From Acidobacteriota bacterium (lineage in GTDB: Bacteria; Acidobacteriota; CAIWXX01), in assembly GCA_040755995.1 (NCBI GenBank), contig JBFMAF010000040.1:1-64000 (forward strand): a DNA stretch of 64,000 nt, given 5' to 3'. A program made the translations under genes and the position numbers. The notes under the pieces are model-generated. The model was not told the DNA's origin. It ran no database searches and saw nothing but the letters and a program-made list of their open reading frames with translations. Positions 1-9,162 of the stretch are shown one piece after another. Position 1 is the stretch's first letter; the number at the start of each line of letters is the position of its first letter.

Positions 1-257
1 TGTTCGCCGCCGCGGTGCAGGAAGGCTGGATGCTGCTGGCAGTGGCCGGCGTGGTCTTCTCGGCCGTGTCGCTGTACTACTACTTCAAGATCGCAGTGGC
101 GATGTACATGGGCGAGCCCACCGAGCGACTCGGCTTCAACGAATCTCCGGCCCTGGTGATATCGCTGATAGCGAGCGTCTCGGTGACGCTGGCCCTCGGC
201 CTCTATCCGGGCCCGCTTGTCGACCTGGCCCGCGCCAGCACGCTGTTGGCCCGATAG
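1..257 (+). CDS. nuoN: NADH-quinone oxidoreductase subunit N, 3' end (partial)
   Basis: Hydrophobic C-terminus with SAVSLYYYFKIAVAMY and LALGLYPGPL, typical of NuoN. The frame is open from the window edge. Confidence 0.85.
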   Translation, partial: FAAAVQEGWMLLAVAGVVFSAVSLYYYFKIAVAMYMGEPTERLGFNESPALVISLIASVSVTLALGLYPGPLVDLARASTLLAR

Positions 258-286
258 CGTTCAAGCGGCGCGCCCGATCCGTCGGG

Positions 287-671
287 CTACGGCATGTGCT
301 CCGACCATTGCTGCCGCGGTCCGTCCAACAGCACTCTCAGGTGGTTGAGTATGTCCCGCCCCATGATGCCGGGATCTTCCTCGATCAACAGATAGCGGCC
401 GCGAAAAGTCCGCTGCAGCACAATCAAGTCCAGCACCACCGCGTGCGCGAAGCTCTTGCTCCCGTCGAAGCCAAGGAGTTCGTATCGCTGGTCACCCAGC
501 AGCGCGGCGCCAGGCAATTCTACCTGCCGTGCGAGGGAGCAGCGTAATGTCGGCCCCAGTGTCCAGGAGCAACTCCACATCGGACGCAGCCGCGCCGGTG
601 ACCGGGTGACGCAGCGTCACCCGGACGACTGGCGCCGGCGGAGCGAAATGCGCTTCATCATAAGGGGGCAT
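287..671 (-). pseudogene. Retropepsin-like (clan AA) aspartyl protease, frameshifted
   Basis: ATG at 671 reads MPPYDEAHFAPPAPVVRVTL...LLDTGADITLLP (DTG motif). The C-terminal half (...IMGRDILNHLRVLLDGP) is in another frame. Removing one base near 523 joins them. Confidence 0.8.
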
Positions 672-873
672 CGGTCGAGGCCTCGATGATCTGTTTGACG
701 AAGTCAGCGGCTTGATCTGGATGCGCCAAGCGTGGACTGTAAACGCGGGCCGGCGAGGCTGCCGCGACGTCGGGGATGACCACGTAGACCTTGGTGTGTT
801 CAGGGAGTATCACGGGATCGCGGAGGCGGATCTGACCGCTCTCGACTATGCCTTCCACAGTCAGGATTGCCAT
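658..873 (-). CDS. Small antitoxin-like protein (DUF104/AF2212-like)
   Basis: MAILTVEGIVESGQIRLRDPVILPEHTKVYVVI matches the family pattern. A GAGG RBS lies upstream and the gene overlaps the protease start. Confidence 0.65.
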   Translation of the reverse strand: MAILTVEGIVESGQIRLRDPVILPEHTKVYVVIPDVAAASPARVYSPRLAHPDQAADFVKQIIEASTDAPL

Positions 874-1177
874 CTTGCACCTCTTGCTCTGTGGGACACC
901 AGACCCTAAAGCGTCCTTGAAGCTATCCATGCAATTCTACCAGTCCCCGCTACCCAGTTCCAGCAGCGGCCTTCGCTTCGCTCCGTGGCACATATCGGCC
1001 GCCCTCGTTCGTCGATTCGAAGGCAAGGTGGGCTGGCCGCCATAACCAGCCCCGCACTGAGTGCATCTGAGCACGCCGGGACGTTGTCAGCGGGCCCAGC
1101 CTGAGGTAGCATTGACAACGATGCCAAATCTGGGTCTATCGCGTGTGCACTCATTTCCCGCTTGCCGGGGCTGATCC

Positions 1178-4100
1178 ATGGACTTCCGGCTCTGCACTCA
1201 TTGTCATCAAGCATACGCCCAGTACACGACGTGCCCGGCGTGCAGGTCGCCTTTGTCTCTGGCCGACGAGGCGTATTTCGTCGGTGAGATATTCGGGAAG
1301 TATCGAATCGAATCAGTGATCGGGAAAGGCGGGATGGGTGTAGTGTACCGCGCGGTCCATACGGGGCTGGGGCGCGCGGCCGCGCTCAAGACCGTCTTCC
1401 TCGAGACCCCGAACGAAAGCCTGCTCAAACGATTCAAACGGGAGGCACAGCTGCTGGCACAGCTGGACCACCCGTGCATCGTGGAGGTCATCGACTACGA
1501 CGTGAGCGGATGGGGCATCCCGTACTACGTGATGGCGCTGCTGACGGGCAGGTCCTTCCGCGAGATCCTGAACGTCCAGAATCGAAGCCGGATGCCGTAT
1601 GACTATGCACCCATCATCCGTGACGTGGCCCAGGGGCTCGCCTACGCTCACGGCAAGGGCGTCGTTCATCGCGACCTCAAACCCGAGAACATCCAGGTGC
1701 ACCTCGCTGAACAGCGCGTCCGCGCGAAGATCCTCGATTTCGGAATTGCAAAGGTCATCGCCGCCCAAACCTGGGCAACGACGCTGACGATCACGGGCGG
1801 TATTGCGGGGACGCCCGCCTACCTGGCGCCCGAGCAGATCCTGGGAACGGAAATCGGCCCTTACACTGACCAGTACGCCATGGCGTTGATCGTCGCAGAG
1901 ATCATCGCCGGGCGCCCCGTGCGCGAGAGCCGACTTCTGGGAGAGATAATCCAGAAGGAGATCGCTCAGCCTCTATTGATCGAAGGCCCGGGGGTCAGCC
2001 GCGAGATCACCGACGCACTGAAGAGGGCCACGCAACCGGCCCCGGGCGACCGCTTCCCGGATGTCCTCTCTTTCGTGAGGGCACTGGGGCTTGCGGAGTC
2101 CGGGGAGGGCGACGCGTACGTCCTCGGATCCGGCTTGCTGGACACACCCGGCGCGGAGGGGCAGCCTGTGGGCGGACCGGTTCACATCGGCGACGACACT
2201 CGCCGGCATGACGGGCCGCGAACACTGGCGCACCCGTCTCGGCCGGACACTCGCCCCGCACTACCACTCACCCTCGAGTCCGGGCGAGCTGTGCGGCGGC
2301 GCCCGCGGACACCACTCATTCTGCTCACGATCGCCATCCTCGCGGTAGCAACTTCCCTCTCGCTGGTCTACCTGAGGCGCCCGCGATCCGCGGTGGTCGC
2401 CACCCCGAGCCCGGTGCAGGCGCCGGCGCCGCTGCCGCTCTTCCAGAAGCTCCTGGATCTGCCGGTGCCCGCCGACGCAACATCGGTCCTGACGCGAAAG
2501 GACAACATCGTCGTGGTGGGCGGACAGCAGTGCGTCTATGTCGTCAGCAAGGATCCCACTGTGGCACCGGCCCGGATCCCGCTCAGTCCCGATCAGGAAG
2601 TCTTGAGCGGGACACCGTTCGGGGAGGTCTACTTGAGGGACGGTGACCGGATTGTGCTTAAGACGTTCGTGCCGGAGAAGGAGGTGGCTTGGGCCGAGGG
2701 ACTCCCCGGGGCGCGGTCTCTGCATCTGTCGCCTGACGGCTCGAGGCTGGCCGCCGTGCAGGAGGGGCGGACGGAGATCTACGAACGGCAGGAAGCGCGC
2801 TTCAAGAAGAGCTGGGATATTCGCGCGGGCGTGGATGATGTCACGCGGCTGGAACAAGGCGGTCTCGCGCTTCGAATCAGCCGCGAGTACCTCGCCATGC
2901 TCGTCAAGGGGAGGCTGCATGCCTACTCCCTGACCACCCGGCGGCTGCTGCTCGACGCGGCAGTCCCCGAAATGCAGTTCAGTTCGTTGGCTGTCGATGA
3001 CGCATCCGGGTGTGTGGCCGTGGGGGGCTGGTTCAGCTCCGTCTATTTCTTCGATCTCCAGAAGGGCGGGGCCGGATCGTCAATCCCTGTCCACGGCCGT
3101 ACCGGAGCCCTCCTGTTCCTGCCCGACCACCCGACGCTCGTGATCGGGAGTGAGGCCGGGATCATGCTGTGGAGGCCGCGCGAGGGGGAAGTCGCGTCAT
3201 TCGGCAGCGACGAGAACAACATTCAGAGTCTGCAGTTCGCAGGATATCCCCTGGTCGCGCTCGACAGCCGGCAGCACAAGCTCATCCTCCTCGCGTATCG
3301 CGAGATCCCGATCGCGAGGAGCGTTTCGTTGAGCAAGAGCGAGATCTGGGCGGTCGATTCCGACGACAGTCATGTCTATGCCGGCGGCGGCAGTTCCGAC
3401 GGTACTCTCTACACCTACGGAATCGAAGACCAGAGGGTCTCGGCCTACTCGGTGCACTCCTTGGGAATCACGTCGCTCGCCCATCACGGCAACCACCTGG
3501 CCTCGGCGTCCGACGACAAGACCGTGGCCATCTGGGAGATCCCGTCGATGAAGGTGATCTGGCGGAGCCGGGCGCACGATTTCCTGGTGAACGGGCTGTT
3601 TGTCCAGGGACAGCCTCCGTCGCTCTGGTCTGTCTCCTCCGACGGAACGATCAAGAAGTGGGCGTGGCCGTCGCTGGAAGACGTTCTTTCAATCTCAACC
3701 TCCGATGTCGCCGGCCGTCGGTACAGCTTGCAGTGCGTCTGGGTCGATCCCTCGGAATCTACGATCGTGGCCGGCACATGGCGCAACGCGCTGCTCGTCG
3801 CGCGTCGCGGGGCGACGGGCACGTGGACTGCGAAGGTGTATCGAGTGCCGTCGCCCGGCATCTATCAGATGGCGTACCTGCCGGCAATCACGTCCTTGAT
3901 TCTCGTCGGATGCGATCACCCGTCCGGCGTGTATGTCTATGACCTCCGCCGCGGCGTGCTCCATTCGCTGCCCGCGTTCGAGACTGTGCTCAACGCGGTC
4001 ACGGCAGATCCGGACGGCAGCTCGGCTCACGTCTACGGCCTGGGCGTCGTCCTGGACTATCGCCTGAGTATGGACGATGCAGGTGCTCTCCAGTACGAGA

Positions 4101-4279
4101 TCGGCTGCCATCTCAGCACTGACATGGGCTATGCGATTTGCGCAACGCGCGCCCGCGTCGATTCCGGCGACTGCCATGTCATCGGCGCCGGCGACGGCGA
4201 CATGCGGTTCCTCCCGGTCGAGCCACTTGTTGGGCGTACGATACGCCGGGGGAGCAGTACCGGCAGCACATCCGACTGA
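1178..4279 (+). CDS. Ser/Thr protein kinase with N-terminal Zn ribbon, one TM helix and C-terminal WD40 repeats
   Basis: CTHC..CPAC; GKGGMGVVY, HRDLKPEN, DFG, GTPAYLAPEQ; TM segment PLILLTIAILAVATSLSLVYL; WD repeats LASASDDKTVAIWE and SVSSDGTIKKW. Confidence 0.92.
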   Translation: MDFRLCTHCHQAYAQYTTCPACRSPLSLADEAYFVGEIFGKYRIESVIGKGGMGVVYRAVHTGLGRAAALKTVFLETPNESLLKRFKREAQLLAQLDHPCIVEVIDYDVSGWGIPYYVMALLTGRSFREILNVQNRSRMPYDYAPIIRDVAQGLAYAHGKGVVHRDLKPENIQVHLAEQRVRAKILDFGIAKVIAAQTWATTLTITGGIAGTPAYLAPEQILGTEIGPYTDQYAMALIVAEIIAGRPVRESRLLGEIIQKEIAQPLLIEGPGVSREITDALKRATQPAPGDRFPDVLSFVRALGLAESGEGDAYVLGSGLLDTPGAEGQPVGGPVHIGDDTRRHDGPRTLAHPSRPDTRPALPLTLESGRAVRRRPRTPLILLTIAILAVATSLSLVYLRRPRSAVVATPSPVQAPAPLPLFQKLLDLPVPADATSVLTRKDNIVVVGGQQCVYVVSKDPTVAPARIPLSPDQEVLSGTPFGEVYLRDGDRIVLKTFVPEKEVAWAEGLPGARSLHLSPDGSRLAAVQEGRTEIYERQEARFKKSWDIRAGVDDVTRLEQGGLALRISREYLAMLVKGRLHAYSLTTRRLLLDAAVPEMQFSSLAVDDASGCVAVGGWFSSVYFFDLQKGGAGSSIPVHGRTGALLFLPDHPTLVIGSEAGIMLWRPREGEVASFGSDENNIQSLQFAGYPLVALDSRQHKLILLAYREIPIARSVSLSKSEIWAVDSDDSHVYAGGGSSDGTLYTYGIEDQRVSAYSVHSLGITSLAHHGNHLASASDDKTVAIWEIPSMKVIWRSRAHDFLVNGLFVQGQPPSLWSVSSDGTIKKWAWPSLEDVLSISTSDVAGRRYSLQCVWVDPSESTIVAGTWRNALLVARRGATGTWTAKVYRVPSPGIYQMAYLPAITSLILVGCDHPSGVYVYDLRRGVLHSLPAFETVLNAVTADPDGSSAHVYGLGVVLDYRLSMDDAGALQYEIGCHLSTDMGYAICATRARVDSGDCHVIGAGDGDMRFLPVEPLVGRTIRRGSSTGSTSD

Positions 4280-4376
4280 CCGGCGCGCACCTCGCCGGGC
4301 ATCAGGAAAGGACACGCGCCCGCCTCGCTACAGACCGAACCGCGCAGGCCCCACCGACCTCAGGTTCCCGCTTCGC

Positions 4377-5486
4377 TTAGTCTCCGAAGCAGATCCCCAG
4401 ATCGCGGGCGGTGAGCATGGTGTCGCAGTCGAGGGGCACGGATTTCATGCGCCCTGTGACCTGCTCGAGCGGCACGTAGCGCACGAAGGGCGGGTCGAGG
4501 GCTACCATTACGCCGGAGTTGCCTTCGTCCAGAGCCCTCACGGCGGCGGCGCCGAACCGGAGGCAGAGCAGGCGGTCGAATGATGTCGGGGAGCCGCCGC
4601 GGAGGAGGTGCCCGAGCACCACGGCGCGCGTCTCCTTGCCCGCCAGCGTCTGTATCTGCCGGGCCAGCACTTCGCCGATTCCCCCGAGCCTCTCTGCGCG
4701 CCCGATCTCCTTGTCCTTGATGACCATGCTTCCGCCCTTCGGCTTCGCCCCCTCGGCGACCACAACGATCGAGAAGACCCGCCCCATCTTCTCCCGCTCC
4801 CTTATCTTCTCCACCACCTTGTTGATGTCGTATGGGATCTCCGGGATCAGGATCACGTCGGCTGTGCCCGAGATGCCCGTGTTGAGCGCGATCCAGCCGG
4901 CGTACCGGCCCATCACTTCGACGACCATTACGCGCTGGTGGGCCTGGGCGGTCGAGTGGAGCCGGTCGAGGCACGCCGTGGCGAATGCCACCGCCGTGTC
5001 GAACCCGAACGTTATGACGGTCTTCTCGAGATCGTTGTCGATGGTCTTTGGAACGCCCACAACGCGCAACCCTTTCTTAGCGAAGACGTTGGCAATAGCG
5101 AGGGACCCATCGCCGCCGATCGCGACTAGCGCATCGATCTTGTTCCGGCGGAACCCCCGCATCACCTCCTCGGAACGGTCCACCTCACTCACCTTGCCGT
5201 CCTTACCGACGACCGGGTACTGCAGCGGGTTCCCCTTGTTGGTCGTGCCGAGGATTGTGCCACCCAGGTGCGTTATGCCCCTCACGGTGTCGCGTGTCAG
5301 CCTGATGAGCCCGCCCTTCGGATATCGCTCGGGGAGAAACACCCCATTGTAGCCGTCGCGAATGCCGTAGCATTCCCACCCTCGCCTCAAGGCCGAGATC
5401 GTGACCGCGCGTATGACCGCGTTCAACCCGGGCGCGTCACCGCCCCCGGTGTTGATGGCAATGCGGCGAATCTTGGTTCTCGGCAT
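4377..5486 (-). CDS. pfkA: 6-phosphofructokinase, probably ATP-dependent
   Basis: TGGGDAPGLN, GGDGS (Gly at the phosphoryl-donor position), PKTIDND, EVMGRYAGW. Start set at MPRTK after an AGGAGG RBS. Confidence 0.93.
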   Translation of the reverse strand: MPRTKIRRIAINTGGGDAPGLNAVIRAVTISALRRGWECYGIRDGYNGVFLPERYPKGGLIRLTRDTVRGITHLGGTILGTTNKGNPLQYPVVGKDGKVSEVDRSEEVMRGFRRNKIDALVAIGGDGSLAIANVFAKKGLRVVGVPKTIDNDLEKTVITFGFDTAVAFATACLDRLHSTAQAHQRVMVVEVMGRYAGWIALNTGISGTADVILIPEIPYDINKVVEKIREREKMGRVFSIVVVAEGAKPKGGSMVIKDKEIGRAERLGGIGEVLARQIQTLAGKETRAVVLGHLLRGGSPTSFDRLLCLRFGAAAVRALDEGNSGVMVALDPPFVRYVPLEQVTGRMKSVPLDCDTMLTARDLGICFGD

Positions 5487-5600
5487 GAGTGGCCTCCTTC
5501 CGTTGGGCAGTAGTGTACCACATCGGCGCTCGCTCGCCATGGCCGGATTGCTGCGAACAGCCCCAGGTGCTAGGATGTAAGCGTATCAAGGGGGAACGAG

Positions 5601-5963
5601 GTGAGCGCGTTCAGAGTCAACCTCATCGCTGTGAATCCCAACGACCCGACCAAAGCGACGCAGCCTCAGGAGGTGCTCGTCGACACGGGCTCCGAGCTGA
5701 GCTGGCTTCCTTCTGACGTGCTGAGTCGGGCGGACATCGGTCCAGTCAGGAAACGTACCTTTCAGACTGCCATGAAGCAGACCATCCAGAGGGAGATCCG
5801 CTACGCGATTCTTCGGGCCGAGGGCTACGAGACAATTGACGAGGTGGTCTTCGCTGAGCCAGGCGACATGGCCTTGCTCGGCGTGCGGACGATCGAGGGA
5901 TTCGGCGTGGCCGTCGACAACATCGCACACAGATTCATAGCCACGGTCACGATTGTGGCCTGA
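5601..5963 (+). CDS. Retropepsin-like (clan AA) aspartyl protease
   Basis: VLVDTGSELSWLP and ALLGVRTIEG motifs; 120 aa. Confidence 0.85.
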   Translation: MSAFRVNLIAVNPNDPTKATQPQEVLVDTGSELSWLPSDVLSRADIGPVRKRTFQTAMKQTIQREIRYAILRAEGYETIDEVVFAEPGDMALLGVRTIEGFGVAVDNIAHRFIATVTIVA

Positions 5964-6201
5964 TTCGCGAAGCTGAATCGGTCGGCCAACAACACCAGAG
6001 AGCCGGCACCACACCCAAGATACACGCGGACAGGACGCGCCACAGCCGCACCAAGAGCAAGCGCCGTGCTCCACACAACCCGCAAGATCGTGTCGTTGAT
6101 TCATACACGCTTGCAGTACTCCAAGCTGCGGCCATGTCACCGCTTGCGAAGTCGTGGCGCCCGGCCGCTGTGCTACCAGCGCATGCTTCTCACCAGAGAA
6201 G

Positions 6202-6660
6202 TCATGGCGCCTCAGGTGCAGACTTCGACGTATCCCCTTCCCACGCGCGCTCGACGAACTGGAACCTCTTCCTCCACTCGCGGGTTTGCTCCTCATTCAG
6301 CACGGCTTCGACCTCTTGCTTCATCTCATGCAGCTCCTTCGCGACGCGAGGCTGCGCCTCCCGCCGGATTGACAGCAGCACGACGAAGTGCCTGTCAACG
6401 ATCTCTCCAACCTTGGCCGCCTGCTCATCGGACAACCGCAATGATTTCTTCATGCGTGCCACAGCCCTCTCCGGCTCCCTTTCCGGGTGCACGTAGGCAT
6501 CTACGAGAGCCCGCCGCACTGCGATGAGGGTCAGGCTGGAGCCAATGATCGCGCCGCACACGAGAATGGCGAAGCCCAAGAGCACGGCGCGCCATGGCAC
6601 ACGCCTCGCCGCCGGGCGAATCGGAAGCTGGTCCGAACCGTTGGGAAGATCCAAGCTCAT
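6202..6660 (-). CDS. Membrane-anchored Spy/heavy-metal-sensor-like helical protein
   Basis: One TM segment followed by LRLSDEQ and VLNEEQ LTxxQ-like motifs. ATGA overlap with the upstream gene. Confidence 0.7.
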   Translation of the reverse strand: MSLDLPNGSDQLPIRPAARRVPWRAVLLGFAILVCGAIIGSSLTLIAVRRALVDAYVHPEREPERAVARMKKSLRLSDEQAAKVGEIVDRHFVVLLSIRREAQPRVAKELHEMKQEVEAVLNEEQTREWRKRFQFVERAWEGDTSKSAPEAP

Positions 6661-6932
6661 GGGATTCCCCCTGTGACCAGGCAAAAGAGGTTCAGGATCG
6701 GATCTCCCCACTGCGCCGTGGCCCGTAGTGCCAGGGCGGCTGTGATCGCCGCAAGGGACGCCGACCCGATGGCCACCCAGCGGAGAGGCCTCTCCATGAG
6801 CTCCACGGCACTGGCGCGTTCCCGGACGAGCGCCAGGAGATTGGAGGTGACGTCAACATGCGGAACCGGCTCCAACCGCGCTCGGGCGGCCAGCTTGCGT
6901 AGATGCTCATCCACCTCGTCGATACCTCTCAT
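6657..6932 (-). CDS. Putative anti-sigma factor (small, one TM helix)
   Basis: MRGIDEVDEHLRKLAARAR... followed by a TM segment. Coupled by ATGA directly after the ECF sigma gene, with a GGAGG RBS. Confidence 0.65.
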   Translation of the reverse strand: MRGIDEVDEHLRKLAARARLEPVPHVDVTSNLLALVRERASAVELMERPLRWVAIGSASLAAITAALALRATAQWGDPILNLFCLVTGGIP

Positions 6933-7588
6933 TTGTCCTCCCCGGTGATCCGGCGCAGCTTGCGTAACGCGCGCCAGCACTGGACCTTCACCATCGTCCG
7001 GCTCCAGCCGGTGCGCCGGGCGGTCTCTTCCGTCGTGCAATCCTCGAGATAGCGGAGCGTGAGTACGAGCCGGTCGCGCGGCGGCAGCCGGGCTAGGAGC
7101 CGGCTGACCTCCACCGCCGCCAGCTCCGGACTCATCTCTTCCAATGAAACGGCAGCGCCCTCCGTGAGCGGCGTCTCCTGACGGGTCCTCTGCCTGGCCC
7201 GGAGCTTCCAGTAGTGGAAGCCTCTCCGTGTGGCGACGCGCGTGAGCCAGTGCGAAAACGGCGCGTCCCCGCGGTAGGTGCGAAGACTCAGGTACGATTC
7301 GACGAATACATCCTGGACCAGTTCTATGTGCACCTGTTTGTCTCGAGAAAAGCGCCACATGATCGCCGAGACGTGATCCTGATACCGCGCGACCAACCGT
7401 CGATAGGACTCACCGTCTCCTTCGATGCTCCCTCGGATGTCGGCACGATCGACATCGAACGCCTCTTCCGAATGCTGCGACCCTCGCTCGTCCCCGCCTC
7501 GTGAGACGAAGGCGGCGAACGCAAGGCCCGTGACCCCCGCGTGTGTTGCGCCGGCTGCCGAAAGCGCCGGTACCCCGAGGAATTGCAC
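6929..7588 (-). CDS. ECF RNA polymerase sigma factor
   Basis: Region 2 (ELVQDVFVESY, FSHWLTRVA) and region 4 (LARLPPRDRLVLTLRYLE...EETA). The start codon is uncertain. Confidence 0.9.
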   Translation of the reverse strand: MQFLGVPALSAAGATHAGVTGLAFAAFVSRGGDERGSQHSEEAFDVDRADIRGSIEGDGESYRRLVARYQDHVSAIMWRFSRDKQVHIELVQDVFVESYLSLRTYRGDAPFSHWLTRVATRRGFHYWKLRARQRTRQETPLTEGAAVSLEEMSPELAAVEVSRLLARLPPRDRLVLTLRYLEDCTTEETARRTGWSRTMVKVQCWRALRKLRRITGEDK

Positions 7589-7591
7589 CCG

Positions 7592-8125
7592 TCAGCTCCC
7601 CGGAGCGATGGACTCGCCTCCGCTCCTGCCCAGCTGATCAATCCACTGATCCACTCGATTGTCCCGCTCTTCAATGAATTGCATCAGCACCTCGATTTGT
7701 TCCTCCGTCAGCACCTGACGAGCCTCCTTGCCGATGCGGGCCCTGAGGATCGCGGCCTCACCCATCGCAGATCCCAAATCGACTGCCGCTTCGCGAATCA
7801 CCTTCTCGCTGATCTCGTCCGAGAGCATAGCATCGCGCAAAACGCGTCGCTTGTCCACGACGTTTCGAACGATGGGCTGTGCCTCCTTGCGATGCGAGTC
7901 CATGACTTCCGCAATTCGTTCGCGCTGTTCCGCGGTCAGGTCCAACTCCTCGCCGAGCATCACCATCCTGCAGATGCTCCAGCGGATCAGGCGTGCAAGC
8001 GGGGAGTCGCCGAGTCTCTCCGCGCCCCGCGAACCACCGCCGCCGCCCGCTCCCGCCATCCCCATCAGTAGCACGCCGGCCAGTGCCACTCCACCAACCC
8101 CGATGAGCAAACTGTTTCTGTTCAT
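7592..8125 (-). CDS. Spy/CpxP family periplasmic chaperone-like protein
   Basis: Signal peptide plus two LTxEQ motifs (LDLTAEQ, VLTEEQ). Confidence 0.85.
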   Translation of the reverse strand: MNRNSLLIGVGGVALAGVLLMGMAGAGGGGGSRGAERLGDSPLARLIRWSICRMVMLGEELDLTAEQRERIAEVMDSHRKEAQPIVRNVVDKRRVLRDAMLSDEISEKVIREAAVDLGSAMGEAAILRARIGKEARQVLTEEQIEVLMQFIEERDNRVDQWIDQLGRSGGESIAPGS

Positions 8126-8177
8126 TCTCGCATCCCCCTTTCGAGTGTCTTCGGACGCTCATTCTTCTTATATTCAG

Positions 8178-8207
8178 GTGTACCTCCCGCTTGGCGGGGT
8201 TACACGC
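8178..8207 (-). promoter_or_regulatory. Putative ECF-type promoter motif, copy 1 (TGTAAC-N18-CAC)
   Basis: GCGTGTAACCC upstream of the spy-ECF operon. The same 11-mer and spacing recur at 8973-9002. Confidence 0.5.
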
Positions 8208-8458
8208 ACTTCGTTGTCACGGAACGCGTACGTCTCGGTTGCCATCGGCTCGATCAGTCGAGTCTAGTCGCCGATTCTTCCAAGAGTCGACGCGAACTCG
8301 ATGAGGATCTCGGATCCGCGGATTGCGCGCTCCAGGTGGTGGGGAGGTGCAAAGGGGTTTCATGGTGACGGCGAGTACGGCCACCCCGACGGCTCCACGG
8401 AGAATCCAAGACGAGGGTCTGGACTGCCGCGAAGGGTGTGAGGAAGTCCGAGTCATTC

Positions 8459-8941
8459 TCAGACCCCGGGGATCATGCGATCCGGCGAGCTGGTCCAGGC
8501 GTACTGCACGCGCTCGAGCAGGTCGGGTACCGAGAACGGCTTGAGGATGAGTCCCACTACGGCAGGATCATGGAACGCAGGCTCCAATGACCCGGAGTAG
8601 CCTGTCATCATCAGCACTTTGACGGATGGGTCCAGGGCCTTCAGCATAGCCAAGGTCTCGGCGCCGCTGATTCCAGGCATCATCAGGTCCATCACGACGA
8701 GGCGCACTCGCCGCGGATCTTCGGCGAATCGCATCACGCCGTCCGCACCGCTCGCCGCCAGCATGACGCTGTAGCCATTGGCCGCGAGGACCGATCTGAG
8801 AAGCTCGCGGATGGATGCTTCGTCATCCACGACGAGCACCTCCCCCTCGACGCGACGAGACACACTCGCCGCCGGTGGCCTCATCGGCCTGCCCTTCCTC
8901 CCTGCCTCTTCCTCCGTGATCCCCCCGCTGGTCGGCACCAT
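8459..8941 (-). CDS. Single-domain response regulator
   Basis: VLVVDDE, MDLMMPG, TG and KPF motifs; AGGAGG RBS. Confidence 0.9.
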   Translation of the reverse strand: MVPTSGGITEEEAGRKGRPMRPPAASVSRRVEGEVLVVDDEASIRELLRSVLAANGYSVMLAASGADGVMRFAEDPRRVRLVVMDLMMPGISGAETLAMLKALDPSVKVLMMTGYSGSLEPAFHDPAVVGLILKPFSVPDLLERVQYAWTSSPDRMIPGV

Positions 8942-8972
8942 AGCGTCCTCCTTGCCCCGTTCAATCCTAACT

Positions 8973-9002
8973 GTGCCGCCCGCGTCCGTGCGGGTTACAC
9001 GC
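8973..9002 (-). promoter_or_regulatory. Putative ECF-type promoter motif, copy 2
   Basis: GCGTGTAACCC...CAC with the same spacing as copy 1, upstream of the response regulator. Confidence 0.5.
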
Positions 9003-9162
9003 CCGCACGGTCAGCACCGATGGAGGTCGAGAGTGCGGACTAGCAGCGACTGCAGTGCGACTGTGGAATCAGACCCAAGACGCGCTGCACGGACCAGCGT
9101 ACAGCACTCCATGGGGCGTGTCCCACCGCACACCCGCCTCGACTGTCAGACGCAAACAGGTT

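Noticed and set aside
960..1050. attC-like sequence (CTTCGCTTCGCTCC ... CATAAC) near the small TA-like genes
   Set aside because: I could not find a complementary RYYYAAC/GTTRRRY pair with proper boxes, and there is no integrase.
8217..8456. 79-aa ORF after the response regulator
   Set aside because: It has a short hydrophobic stretch but no recognisable family. It may be a scar, but I cannot support that.
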